NCBI GenBank assembly: GCA_046328035.1
Contig: JAXLXI010000003.1
Location: forward strand, 73,547-137,546
Direction of reading: 5' to 3'
Length of the DNA: 64,000 nt
Source: Candidatus Obscuribacterales bacterium
Lineage (GTDB): Bacteria > Cyanobacteriota > Vampirovibrionia > Obscuribacterales > Obscuribacteraceae
The notes beneath the pieces are model-generated. The model was given only the letters and a program-made list of their open reading frames with translations. It had not been told where the DNA came from and did no database searches. The translations under genes were made by a program, and so were the position numbers. Below, piece after piece: positions 46,893 through 57,249 of the stretch (positions are counted from its first letter, which is position 1; each line of letters opens with the position of its first letter).

Positions 46893-48470
46893 TTAGTTTT
46901 CTGCAAACCCGAACCAGAGTTTCCTCCTTTCTTCATTACTCATTGGCGGCAACACAGGTACGTTGCCCTCGTTTCTCACAAACGCCCTCACGAATTGCAC
47001 AAAGCGATAAGCGACCGGAAGTTTTTCCTCGCAGCCTGGAGCCGTTTTCCAGATGGCGGGGTCGTCATTGCCGATGCACAAATACGCCTGCCCGCCGTCG
47101 GCAAGGTCGGCAATAGTCACCCAGATGGTGCGGTCCCAGATGGTGCTCTCGTCGACAACCGGTTCGTGCTCGAAGACGAGTTCCGCCAGTGGTCTGATTC
47201 GGGCACCAACACCACTGACCGTATCAGAGAACACAATACCATTGCAGTCCCGGTAGAACGCGGTCAAGCTGTTGGCGTCAACGCCATAAAGAGCACGCAG
47301 ATGCAACAAATCGAGCAACGGCAACTTCTCCTCTGCGCCCAAAGGCGGCTCAATCGTCCAAGTCTGCGGAATGTCGTAGTTGAAATAGGCCGCAATCGCC
47401 GCCTGCCGCACTGCCCATCCAAGCTTCGGGCGCAGCGCCAGTGTTTCTTCATCTTGATCGACGCCCACAAAGCCGCCGACGATTTCCATACTGAATGAGC
47501 GAGTCGGCTCAGTCGTTTTGTCGATTAACAGAAATGGGACCAGCGCCGTACCCATTGGAAGCAATGAGGAAAACACTTCGGCATCCTCAGAGCGAGGATC
47601 AGACGACGGCAGCAGCAGTGGATTTACATCATCGAATTTCTCAGAGCGCCCTTTCAGGTATGGAATCAACTTGGCTATCCAGCCATTGATTCGCGCTACT
47701 CCGTAATCGGTCTGTTGCTTGTAGATGCTCTGCCAATGATTGAGATCGATGTCGCCGCGCGAAGCTCTGTAAAACTGCTCCAGAATCGGCCGCACGTGTA
47801 CAAGCCAGAAGTCCAGACCGAAGTCGGTGAGTACATCCAGCTTGCGACACAACTTCAGCCAGTCTTCACTGGTCCCCTCCAGGGTAATGGAGGGAATTCC
47901 GCATCCGGCTAAAATTACGTAATCGAAAAATGGCTCATAGATATCGAGAAGCGTGATTTGACTTACTGTGCGTTCGACTGGCCCTGTGGTGCTGAAATCG
48001 CACATCAAGTTATCGAAGATATCGCCAATCTCATTGCGCAAAGCAAATGCCAGCATCTCAATCGCTTCGTGCCAGGCACTTTCTGGAGATTCGAGAAAGA
48101 GGTCATCCATCGCGATGCCGATCTCCACTTTTCCTTCGGCGTGTTTGACCAGCTTGTGACGCAGTGCTTCCGAATTGTTGCGCACGTGCTGCGAAAAACC
48201 TTGCAGTATCGTCACCCAGATCATGTCAGGCGAAATGACCAGGGGACGGTGATCGGCGAATGCCAGGTGCACTGCGGCGATCAGCGGATGAAACTCGACG
48301 TCGCTCACGACTTTGGAATTGTAGTCGGACCACGAGTTGAGTCGCACACCGCCGGGCAACAATGTGCTCAGCCCGTATCCCAGGTCGCGACAATTGAGCG
48401 CAGCTGTCGCTGGCTCCACATCATCGACACTGAATGTGATACCACCCGCGGACTTCGTAATATTGACCAT
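46893..48470 (-). CDS. Hypothetical protein (possibly DUF4419-like)
   Basis: The ATG at 48470 has a GAGGA RBS. No domain was firmly recognised. Confidence 0.45.
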   Translation of the reverse strand: MVNITKSAGGITFSVDDVEPATAALNCRDLGYGLSTLLPGGVRLNSWSDYNSKVVSDVEFHPLIAAVHLAFADHRPLVISPDMIWVTILQGFSQHVRNNSEALRHKLVKHAEGKVEIGIAMDDLFLESPESAWHEAIEMLAFALRNEIGDIFDNLMCDFSTTGPVERTVSQITLLDIYEPFFDYVILAGCGIPSITLEGTSEDWLKLCRKLDVLTDFGLDFWLVHVRPILEQFYRASRGDIDLNHWQSIYKQQTDYGVARINGWIAKLIPYLKGRSEKFDDVNPLLLPSSDPRSEDAEVFSSLLPMGTALVPFLLIDKTTEPTRSFSMEIVGGFVGVDQDEETLALRPKLGWAVRQAAIAAYFNYDIPQTWTIEPPLGAEEKLPLLDLLHLRALYGVDANSLTAFYRDCNGIVFSDTVSGVGARIRPLAELVFEHEPVVDESTIWDRTIWVTIADLADGGQAYLCIGNDDPAIWKTAPGCEEKLPVAYRFVQFVRAFVRNEGNVPVLPPMSNEERRKLWFGFAEN

Positions 48471-48869
48471 GTAATGATCCTCATAGAGACAACACGAATC
48501 GCCGCGCGTCGATGCGAGAGCATCGCTACGCGACAGGACTTGTTTTCCTATCCTCATGATAACTGTTTTTCGATAAATTTTGCCTGGGAAAAACCTGGTA
48601 TTTAGACTGATTTACGCGCCCTGAAAGCCTCTGCCTGTGGCGCTTCTCTGTCAGCGCTGGTGAGGGATTCGCGCACCACCTGCACCACCGTCTGTGATAC
48701 CGCTACCAGACCCGCCGTCCGGCATTCTGTGGTTCGCCAGATCGCCCCGGAAGTCAAGTGGACACTCGAAATCGACAGCCTGTCGCTTTTAATGTAGTTC
48801 TTCGACTGAGTGGGTAGTAAGAGTGTGCGGAGAACCAGCAACAAGGTCCTGAAACACCGAGGTAATTAC

Positions 48870-49358
48870 ATGCGACATGCATTGCTTGCACTATCAATCG
48901 CTTTCTCGGCGATGCTACCGGCAGCCGCCGATACGGCGCCAATTACGGGACCCCAGGAAGTCGGAACGACAACTATGCCCGCCGGACAGTACTACGTCAC
49001 CGAACAGATCTCTCACAGGTCGTACTCGCTGACAGTGACGCAAAAGGGCAACATGATTCTTGGTCCGGCGCCCGAAGGTCTGGAAGTAAAAATTGCCGGC
49101 AGCGCGACGCCAGGCACACCGGCAACTCCGGCCGCCGCCAGTACTCCGGCCGTTGCTCCGGGCGCTCCCGCCACAGCAGCAGCCGGCGCACCGCCAGCTC
49201 AAGCCACCACTAACTCATTGATTCCCAACGGCGTTGCCGGCGACATGATGAAGGGGCTGGTGAAACAGGGCATGCAAAAAGGCGTCAACGAACTGATGAA
49301 ACAGGGCGTGAAACAGGGCGTCGGCGGCACCAAGGGACTGGAAAACCTTCTGAAGTAA
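48870..49358 (+). CDS. Secreted Ala/Pro-rich hypothetical protein
   Basis: It has a signal peptide, a PA-rich linker and a KQG-repeat tail. Confidence 0.5.
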   Translation: MRHALLALSIAFSAMLPAAADTAPITGPQEVGTTTMPAGQYYVTEQISHRSYSLTVTQKGNMILGPAPEGLEVKIAGSATPGTPATPAAASTPAVAPGAPATAAAGAPPAQATTNSLIPNGVAGDMMKGLVKQGMQKGVNELMKQGVKQGVGGTKGLENLLK

Positions 49359-49597
49359 CGCTACGCATCGATTGATCAACCAAACGAAACGACGCGAGGT
49401 CTGCTCTTGCCGGCCTCGCTACTTCTCTTGCTTATGCCTGCGTGTAGTACCGCAATTGGTGGCAACACCCGACACAGTTCGCCACGCAATTGCAGTCGCC
49501 ATGAGCACCCTCGTATAAGCAACGTATATGTTAAAATCAGCCAACTTATCCGCGCGTCCCCGCTGCCGGAACTATTGAAAACTTATCGCAGGTACCA

Positions 49598-50446
49598 GTG
49601 ATGCTTTATCGATTGAATCGTCTGTTTCATCCAACATCCAAGCGCACTCTCGTAGTTGCGGTTGACCATGCTCTCTTCAACAACACCGCCTTCCTGGAAG
49701 GCATCGAGAATATGGAAAAAACAGTGACCACCCTCGCCGATGCTAATCCCGACGGCGTGCTTCTGTCCCCCGGCGAAGCCCCACATTTGCAGCGCGTACC
49801 TGGACGCAACAAACCGGCTTTGATGCTGCGCGCCGACACAGCCAATTTCTACAACGACGTCGTGCCGACCACAAAACTTTTCTGCGAAGCCTACGAAGGC
49901 GCCGTTGAAGTCGCGGTTCGCCTCGATGCCGCATGCATTCTGTTGAATCTGTTGCAAGTTGACGACTTCCCGGAAATGCTCAATCAATGCGTGCGCAACA
50001 TCTTGAAAATCAAGAACGAATGCGATCGCTACGGCATGCCGATGGGTATCGAGCCTCTGTCGTTCAAGAAAACGAAAGACGGACTGGTAGGCGACGGTAA
50101 TCCTGCTCGCGTTGCCACTTTGGCCAGAATGGCCGCCGAACTGGGCGCCGACTTGATCAAGACTGACTCGACAGAACCGGAAAGCGAATTCGATCGCGTC
50201 ATCGAAGCTGCGTCCGGTGTACCTGTTTGTGTACGCGGCGGCAGCCGCGCTTCCGATAAAGAAGTGCTCGAACACACAGAAAAATTGGTGGCTGAAGGTG
50301 TTGCCGGATTTATCTACGGCCGCAACGTCATCCAGCACAAAAATCCCAAAGGCATGACTAAGGCCCTGCAAGCCGTTCTGCATTATGGCGAATCAGCCAA
50401 AGATGCACTCAGGCACATTGAAGAAAAAGAACTTTCGAAAGTGTAG
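49598..50446 (+). CDS. Class I aldolase of the DhnA/FbaB/LsrF (DeoC-like) family
   Basis: It has the TIM-barrel aldolase pattern, including GADLIKTD. Confidence 0.6.
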   Translation: MMLYRLNRLFHPTSKRTLVVAVDHALFNNTAFLEGIENMEKTVTTLADANPDGVLLSPGEAPHLQRVPGRNKPALMLRADTANFYNDVVPTTKLFCEAYEGAVEVAVRLDAACILLNLLQVDDFPEMLNQCVRNILKIKNECDRYGMPMGIEPLSFKKTKDGLVGDGNPARVATLARMAAELGADLIKTDSTEPESEFDRVIEAASGVPVCVRGGSRASDKEVLEHTEKLVAEGVAGFIYGRNVIQHKNPKGMTKALQAVLHYGESAKDALRHIEEKELSKV

Positions 50447-50460
50447 GCAAAGGAAAACTC

Positions 50461-51021
50461 ATGAAGCAAAGCGAGATCAATAAACTGTGTCGCGAAGCGG
50501 CAGAGTGCTTGAAGAAACATCACTGGGTGCTGCCGCCAAAAGCCGAATGGTCAGCCTGCGATTTCGGCCTGGGCGACTACAAAACGGTCGGTCTGGTCGA
50601 GGTGTTGCTCGCCAATGAGCCTGAATACTGCGAAAAGATCATGTACGCACAAGAAGGCATGGTGACACCAGCGCACACGCACTACGAAAAGAAGGAAGAC
50701 ATCATTTGCCGACAGGGCACCTTGCAGATCACATTGTGGTCTTCGAACCCCAGCGAAGGCAAACCCAATGGTGCGGTCGAAGTAAAAATCGATCGCGCCA
50801 TGCAAAAGCGTGAGTCGGGTGTGCCGTTCCAGTTGAAGGCTGGCAGCCGCATAACGCTGACACCGGGCATCTGGCACGAGTTTGTGCCGGTGGGCGGCGA
50901 AGCTTTGATCGGCGAAGTCAGCACTTTCTGCAATGAAGAAACCGACAACGTGTTCGCCAACAAGAAAATTGATATCTTCCAGGCGCCGGAAGCCGACGAA
51001 CCGGCGGCACTGCCCAACTAA
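50461..51021 (+). CDS. Cupin-fold sugar isomerase, D-lyxose/D-mannose isomerase-like
   Basis: The metal-binding motif TPAHTHYEKKEDIICR is present. The protein is about 186 aa. Confidence 0.45.
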   Translation: MKQSEINKLCREAAECLKKHHWVLPPKAEWSACDFGLGDYKTVGLVEVLLANEPEYCEKIMYAQEGMVTPAHTHYEKKEDIICRQGTLQITLWSSNPSEGKPNGAVEVKIDRAMQKRESGVPFQLKAGSRITLTPGIWHEFVPVGGEALIGEVSTFCNEETDNVFANKKIDIFQAPEADEPAALPN

Positions 51022-51030
51022 AACGAGGGA

Positions 51031-51723
51031 TTGATTATGCGTACTCCGCAAGCCCTGATCTTCGATATGGACGGGCTGCTTCTCGATACGGAAGGACTGT
51101 ACAAACGTGCCTGGACGCAGGCAGCAAAAGAATCGGGTTTTGACCTGACTGATGCTCTGTATCTGAAACTGATCGGTATCACCATTGCCGATTGCGAACG
51201 CGTTTTGTGCGACTCGTTCGGTGCGTCGTTTCCTCTGGAGACATTCCGCACTCGCGCCGCATCCTTATATAAGGAACTGCACGAACGCGAAGGGCTGCCC
51301 CTGAAGCCAGGGGTAAACGAACTGCTCGTCTGGGCTAAGGAGAATAATATTCTTTGCGCAGTCGGCACATCCACCGTGCAAGCTGAAGCCAGCGAACGTC
51401 TCGAGCACCACAAAATACGCGAATACTTCAAAGTGATTATCGGCGGGGACATGGTTGAACGAGGCAAGCCGAATCCCGATATCTTCTTGAAAGCACAGGA
51501 AGCGCTGGGAGTCGAACCGGCTCATTGCTTGATCCTGGAAGATGCGCATAGCGGCCTGCTGGCAGCTCGTGCAGGCGGAATGCGTTCGTGCCTGGTGCCC
51601 GATTTGCTTCCCGCATCTGATGAATCACGCCAGATTGCCGAAGGCGTATTTTCGTCGCTTCATGACGTCCGTAACTGGCTGGCACAGGGTTGCCCACTGG
51701 CGGCACAGCAGGTCGCCACGTGA
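51031..51723 (+). CDS. HAD-IA hydrolase (beta-phosphoglucomutase / sugar-phosphatase-like)
   Basis: The HAD motif I is FDMDG, and GGD is present. Confidence 0.75.
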   Translation: MIMRTPQALIFDMDGLLLDTEGLYKRAWTQAAKESGFDLTDALYLKLIGITIADCERVLCDSFGASFPLETFRTRAASLYKELHEREGLPLKPGVNELLVWAKENNILCAVGTSTVQAEASERLEHHKIREYFKVIIGGDMVERGKPNPDIFLKAQEALGVEPAHCLILEDAHSGLLAARAGGMRSCLVPDLLPASDESRQIAEGVFSSLHDVRNWLAQGCPLAAQQVAT

Positions 51724-51757
51724 TCGCTGCGCCCCGCTCTGGTAACCTCGCCGGCTG

Positions 51758-52933
51758 ATGCTGCGCCCAAAACTACTGACGCTGCTTTGCTATGCCGCCA
51801 TGATGAGTCTGGCGATCGGCGTCAATCTTTTGCCGATATTTCTGGTATCGATACAGCATTCCTTTCCGGGGGCTGATGGTGGTGCTCTGACACAAGAGCA
51901 ATTGGGCCGCCTTGGCGCCGTCACATTCATTGGTCTGGTACTGGCGATTTTGACCACCGGTCCGTTGGCTGATCGATTTGGTGCCAAGGTCTTTGCGCTC
52001 CTGGGCAACGCTCTTCTGGTCGCAGGCTTGATCGTCACGTACTGGTCGCCCGACTACGCCGTCTTGCTTTGCGCCAACTTTTTGCTGGGCTTCGGTGCCG
52101 GCGCTTTAGATATGGTGCTCAGCCCGGTCGTGTCGGCACTCAATCCGGAAACACGCACCGGCTCAATGAACTGGTTGCATTCTTTTTATTGCGTGGGAGC
52201 AACCTTGACTGTAATAGCAGGCACACTAGCTCTGCAAGCGGGCATCTCCTGGCGCGTCGCCAGCCTGCTTCTGATTCCCTTGCCTCTGATCCTGATTTTT
52301 GCGCTCGGCGCAGTTAAGTTTCCCGAGCTGGTCACCGAAGGTGGTGAACGCACTCCACTGCGCCAACTGATCAAAGACTACTGGTTTGTCGGCGCGCTGA
52401 CAGCGATCTTTTTAGGAGGCGCCACTGAGCTGGGCATGGCTCAATGGCTGCCCGCGTATGCCGAGATCTCGCTCAAATATCCGCAATGGGTGGGCGGCGT
52501 CGGATTGTTTCTCTTTTCCATCTGTATGGCCATCGGGCGCATGGGTATCGGTGCTCTCAGCTCTCGCGTCGACAGCTACACGATCATGGCATGGGGATGC
52601 GGCATCTCAGTCTTGCTTTTCCTGATCGGCTCGTTTTGTCCCATCGGCATAATCGCTTTACTCGCGTGCATACTGGCCGGGTTGACCGGCAGCTGTTTGT
52701 GGCCGACTATGCTGGCGATTACGGCTGACAGATATCCAAATGGCGGCGCCACTATGTTCGGTGCGCTGGCGGCATTTGGCAATGCGGGGGGTATTTTCAT
52801 GCCGTGGGTAGTCGGCACCATTGCCGATGTCTCAAACCTGCATTATGGACTTGCCGTTTCGACCCTGGCACCATTTTTCATGCTGCCCATAGTACTGGCA
52901 CTGGGAGCGCGCCGACAAGCGGCTACGACTTGA
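51758..52933 (+). CDS. MFS transporter
   Basis: It has twelve TM helices. Confidence 0.7.
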   Translation: MLRPKLLTLLCYAAMMSLAIGVNLLPIFLVSIQHSFPGADGGALTQEQLGRLGAVTFIGLVLAILTTGPLADRFGAKVFALLGNALLVAGLIVTYWSPDYAVLLCANFLLGFGAGALDMVLSPVVSALNPETRTGSMNWLHSFYCVGATLTVIAGTLALQAGISWRVASLLLIPLPLILIFALGAVKFPELVTEGGERTPLRQLIKDYWFVGALTAIFLGGATELGMAQWLPAYAEISLKYPQWVGGVGLFLFSICMAIGRMGIGALSSRVDSYTIMAWGCGISVLLFLIGSFCPIGIIALLACILAGLTGSCLWPTMLAITADRYPNGGATMFGALAAFGNAGGIFMPWVVGTIADVSNLHYGLAVSTLAPFFMLPIVLALGARRQAATT

Positions 52934-54404
52934 TCAACTTGTCGCGAATGGCGATTCGCTTCGCGAGCAGCGCACCAGAACGCAGTCCACCTTCCATGTA
53001 TCCTTGAAACGCAAAACTTGTGTGTTCACCGGCAAAGTGCAGCCGTCCGATGCCGTCATACAGAATCGGACCGAGTGTCATGATCTGACCTGGTGCCGGG
53101 GCGGAGTAGCCGGCTTGCGACCAGGGATCGGACGGCCAGTCGATGAACTTGCCTTTGACGAAGTTGTCGGAGTACCGCGGATAGATCTTTTCGATCGCCA
53201 GCGCATAATGAGCCATTCGTTGATCAGAAGGCCAGGCGCGACCGACGTCTGCCATGTTTCCTCCCGCGAAAACTGTCAGACATGCATGACCGGGACCTGT
53301 CTGATGTTCGGTGGCATCCCAGGTTTCAGCGGCGATGCCGTCACTGAGCGAATTGGGTGACATGTGGTCTTTTTCCCAGAAGCGCTCACGCACCTCGGAG
53401 AGAAACTTCACCTGATTGGCCATCTGCGGCGAAAGGGATGGAGGAAATGGCGGCGTAAACATGATGCGCTTCCACGTGCCTGGTGGCACAGCCACGATCA
53501 CGTCGTCGCATTGCAGCACCTGCTCATTGGCAAGCGTCACTTCCACATATTTGTCTTTGACTTCCACCTCGGTAACGGGCGTTTCCAGGTGGATGTGCTC
53601 ACGACCGATGGCGTCGGCCAGATGATCGGCGAGTTGCTGGTTGCCGCCCTTGCACCGATAGACCTCGGACTCGGTCCAGTATTTCTCCAGCCCACCGCCT
53701 TTGACCACAGCCAATCGTCCCAGCAGACTTTGCCAACCTGGATCGTTTGCATCCGATGCTTCCGATAGACGAATCGCCAACTTGCAAAGATCCGAACACT
53801 CCAATCCATCAATCCAGCTGTTGACGGTGGTGCCATCCATTACTTTGGCGTTGGGGCTCTTCCAGGGCTGATCGGCATCGACCGGCACCGCTAACTTGTT
53901 GTAGAGCGAAAGGTAGTGATCTACGTCTTCCCAGAGAGCCTGTGCTTCTTTGGGTTCGAGAATACGTCCATGGAAATGACAGGGGCGCTCGCTGTCCGGA
54001 TACTCCGAGCGGTCGAGCATCTGCAGTTTGAAGCGCTTGGCATAAGCCTGCCACGTTGGGTGATTGGCACCGATCAACTCGGCACCAGCTTCCACTGTAC
54101 GTCCGGGAATGAAATCGGTGAGCGTGTGCACACGCCCGCCAAGACGATCGCGCGCTTCCAGAACCGTGACGGTGTAGCCCGCCTGCGACAATTCGAAAGC
54201 GGCCGCCAATCCGGCAAACCCACCGCCGATCACCACGATACGATGATCGTTTTTGGTGGCGGCCCGCGCGCTGTCGGCAAACTGAGAGCTGACCATCAGG
54301 CTGGCGGCGGTTGCCATCATGCCCTGCAGCATCTCGCGACGCGAGAGTCGCTCGTCCTTGGAAACGAATTTCTGAGCTAACCTGCTAATGAATGACCGTG
54401 ACAT
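52923..54404 (-). CDS. Tat-secreted flavin-containing amine oxidase family protein
   Basis: The RR motif is RREMLQG. The FAD fold is GGGFAGLAAAFEL...LEARDRLGGR. Confidence 0.75.
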   Translation of the reverse strand: MSRSFISRLAQKFVSKDERLSRREMLQGMMATAASLMVSSQFADSARAATKNDHRIVVIGGGFAGLAAAFELSQAGYTVTVLEARDRLGGRVHTLTDFIPGRTVEAGAELIGANHPTWQAYAKRFKLQMLDRSEYPDSERPCHFHGRILEPKEAQALWEDVDHYLSLYNKLAVPVDADQPWKSPNAKVMDGTTVNSWIDGLECSDLCKLAIRLSEASDANDPGWQSLLGRLAVVKGGGLEKYWTESEVYRCKGGNQQLADHLADAIGREHIHLETPVTEVEVKDKYVEVTLANEQVLQCDDVIVAVPPGTWKRIMFTPPFPPSLSPQMANQVKFLSEVRERFWEKDHMSPNSLSDGIAAETWDATEHQTGPGHACLTVFAGGNMADVGRAWPSDQRMAHYALAIEKIYPRYSDNFVKGKFIDWPSDPWSQAGYSAPAPGQIMTLGPILYDGIGRLHFAGEHTSFAFQGYMEGGLRSGALLAKRIAIRDKLIKS

Positions 54405-55649
54405 TTATTGTTTCCCAAAGTTTTCAGGCACAGGCGATGAAACTGTAGCATCGGCTACGACACGTGGTTTGAAGAGGAACAGCGGAACACAGATAACGAA
54501 CAGAACACTCATAATCATCAGTATGTGCAAAATCGGCATGTGGTGGGCCGAGTCTGTTGCCACTTCGACGAAAAAATCGGCGGAGATCATGCCCACCGAG
54601 TAGGACAGATTATAGACCGCATAAGCGACTGCGTACGACTTGGAGCCGCGCCGATCCACCGCGTCACCAAGTTCTGCCGAAGTGGGGTTGATCGTGAAGG
54701 CATACCCGATGGTGATCAGGCACAGCACGATACCGGCGAAAATCGTATTGGGCGAGAGAGCCAGGAGCGGCATTGTGATTGCAGTCATGACAAGTCCGGC
54801 GGCTGTCGTCTGCCTGATGCCAATGCGATCAGAAACCTTGGCGACGATTGGCGCAAGAAACGCGTACAAGACATTGGAAATGGTGAACAAGACACCGATA
54901 GCGGTGGGCGAAGCATCCTTCGCAACACGCCCGATTTGCATGGGAAAGAGCGGCTCCATCAAAGCCCAACTGGCGGCAGCTAGAGAAACTGCAAATCCGG
55001 CAGCAAGCACACTCTTGTCAGTGACGATGCCGCGCAGCTCTTTAAACCATTCGTCCCACGGTGGATTGTTCCTCGGTCCTTTGGTGGAAGGCGTCAATAC
55101 AAATATCAAAATCGCATTGATAATCAGGGCACCGACGGCAAAACCAAAGGCCGGATCGTACCCCACCCAGTCATAGAGTTCGCCCCCCATCACCGGTCCG
55201 ACAATCGACCCGGTGGTGGCGCCGAGCATGGCGAAACCCATTCCTTTGACGCGATTCTGAATGTAGTAACCGGCTACCAGTGCCAGTCCAGCAGTCCATG
55301 TGCAGGCGGCGCCGGCACCCTGCAACACGCGTGCGACGATCCAATATTCAGTGGACGTGCCGTACCACATCAAGAACGCGGAAATCAGAAGCAGCACCAC
55401 GCCCAGTACCATGGGCCTGCGTCTGCCGATTCTCTCGGTGAGTACCCCCAACACTGGTGTCGCCAAAATCAAGCCAATCGCGTAGGCACCGTATAAGGTG
55501 CTCAGCATGTGCTCGTCCTGGATGTGTGCCGGCGATACCGGCGTCAGCGGCACAACCAGTCCGTAGAGCAACTCCTCTACGAAAAGCGCAAACGACACCA
55601 CACACAGAACAGTCGTCGGCGCAGATTTCAGTTTCTCAAACCAGCTCAT
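54405..55649 (-). CDS. MFS transporter
   Basis: It has twelve TM helices. Confidence 0.7.
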   Translation of the reverse strand: MSWFEKLKSAPTTVLCVVSFALFVEELLYGLVVPLTPVSPAHIQDEHMLSTLYGAYAIGLILATPVLGVLTERIGRRRPMVLGVVLLLISAFLMWYGTSTEYWIVARVLQGAGAACTWTAGLALVAGYYIQNRVKGMGFAMLGATTGSIVGPVMGGELYDWVGYDPAFGFAVGALIINAILIFVLTPSTKGPRNNPPWDEWFKELRGIVTDKSVLAAGFAVSLAAASWALMEPLFPMQIGRVAKDASPTAIGVLFTISNVLYAFLAPIVAKVSDRIGIRQTTAAGLVMTAITMPLLALSPNTIFAGIVLCLITIGYAFTINPTSAELGDAVDRRGSKSYAVAYAVYNLSYSVGMISADFFVEVATDSAHHMPILHILMIMSVLFVICVPLFLFKPRVVADATVSSPVPENFGKQ

Positions 55650-55682
55650 TCACGCTCGCCGATTGTTCCCACTCGCCAGCTC

Positions 55683-57206
55683 TCAGTGGCTGCTTCTCAA
55701 ATTCTGCAAATCCTGCCCGAACTGCTTCGGCTTGGCAGCCGGTTTGGCTGCTGGTTTCGCTGGTTTTGGGACAGGCGCGGGTGCAACTGTAGCATGCCTG
55801 ACAGGCTTGGCAACTTTCTTCGCAGGCGGAATCCGAGGTTTGACGGCACTAGTTGACTTAGACTGAACCGGCGTCGGTTTTGCATCGTCCGGTTCGGGAG
55901 AACTGCTTGCCGGTTCAGCAGCCGGCGTTTTAGTTGGCGTCGAACTTGGCGTCGTACCCGGTGTGGTAGCTGGAGTCGGTGCCGGCGTGACAGCCGGCTG
56001 TGTCGGTGCACTGGTGTTGGTCAGCTTCGGCAGCAGGAAGAAACCCAGACCGCCCAAAAGCACGACCGCGACCACAACGCCAATCAAAACACCCATACCC
56101 AGCGATGACTTTTGTGGAGCCTGTCCGTCGCTGATGGTGGCATATCTGGCGCGATTGAATTCGCCGCCGCGTGCAGCGGGAGGCGATGGGGCTGCGGCCG
56201 AATTTGATGATGTCGCCCGACTGGCGGCAGCAGCGGCGGCCCGCAAAGCGACATCGCCGGATGTCTTCGACACCGGTCCGGCGCAGGCGCCAACCAGCGC
56301 ATCTTGCAATTCGCGAATCGTTTGATAGCGCTTGCTGGGATCCTTTTCCATCGCCTTAAAGATCACTGCCTCCACTACTGGTGGCACCGATACATCGGGA
56401 TTCTTGTCTTTCATCGAAGGTGGAATGCTGGACGTGTGACACTGCAGCATCTCGAAGACACTGCTCACATAATTGAACGGATCCATGCCGGTGAGCATCT
56501 CATACATGACGACGCCCAGTGAGTAGACGTCGGAGCGAATATCGCCCGGTTTGCCGAGACACTGCTCGGGACTCATGTATGGCGGACTACCGAGGATTTC
56601 GCCGGACTGCGTCAACTTACGATTTTCTTCCTCGACTTTTGCCAGCCCGAAGTCGACGACTTTGACGAAATCGGTTTGGTCATCGAGCAACACGATGTTT
56701 CCCGGTTTCATGTCGCGGTGTACAACGCCGTTAGCGTGCGCATGGTCGAGCGCACTGAGAACTTGCAGAGTGATGTTGAGAAAACGATCCATACTGAATG
56801 GGCCGTCCTGCGCGATCAAAAAGTCCAGGCTGCGCCCGCGCAAATAATCCATCACCACGAATGGTGCACCGTCGTCGCCGAACAGGCAGTCGTAGACTGT
56901 GACGACATGTGGATGGTTCATGGCGCAAAGTGTATTCACCTCGCGTTGAAAACGGTCGCGCGCGGTGGAGTTTCTTCCCAGCTGCATGCGAATGGTTTTG
57001 ATGGCGACATAGCGATTGACGTTGATCTGTTTGGCTTTATAAACCACACTCATGCCACCAGATCCGAGCACCGATTCGATTTCAAATCGGCCGTCCAGTG
57101 TCATGCCGACGAGAGGATCGGGGAGTTCATCACTCCTCGTTCCACCGCCTTGACTCAAGTAAAGATCGCCGTTCAACGCCGGTACCTGCGCACGCCCACC
57201 AGTCAT
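55683..57206 (-). CDS. Ser/Thr protein kinase with a Pro/Ala/Thr-rich linker and a TM anchor
   Basis: The glycine loop is GSGGMSVVYKA. HRDMKPGN and DFG are present. Confidence 0.85.
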   Translation of the reverse strand: MTGGRAQVPALNGDLYLSQGGGTRSDELPDPLVGMTLDGRFEIESVLGSGGMSVVYKAKQINVNRYVAIKTIRMQLGRNSTARDRFQREVNTLCAMNHPHVVTVYDCLFGDDGAPFVVMDYLRGRSLDFLIAQDGPFSMDRFLNITLQVLSALDHAHANGVVHRDMKPGNIVLLDDQTDFVKVVDFGLAKVEEENRKLTQSGEILGSPPYMSPEQCLGKPGDIRSDVYSLGVVMYEMLTGMDPFNYVSSVFEMLQCHTSSIPPSMKDKNPDVSVPPVVEAVIFKAMEKDPSKRYQTIRELQDALVGACAGPVSKTSGDVALRAAAAAASRATSSNSAAAPSPPAARGGEFNRARYATISDGQAPQKSSLGMGVLIGVVVAVVLLGGLGFFLLPKLTNTSAPTQPAVTPAPTPATTPGTTPSSTPTKTPAAEPASSSPEPDDAKPTPVQSKSTSAVKPRIPPAKKVAKPVRHATVAPAPVPKPAKPAAKPAAKPKQFGQDLQNLRSSH

Positions 57207-57249
57207 GGACTATATGCCCACTGCGGACTACAGGCAACGGATTTATGAA

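Noticed and set aside
48557-48557. Upstream start for the 46893-48557 ORF
   Set aside because: It has no RBS. The ATG at 48470 has a GAGGA RBS.
49583-50383. 266-aa minus-strand ORF
   Set aside because: It is antisense to the class I aldolase gene, which has clear TIM-barrel motifs.
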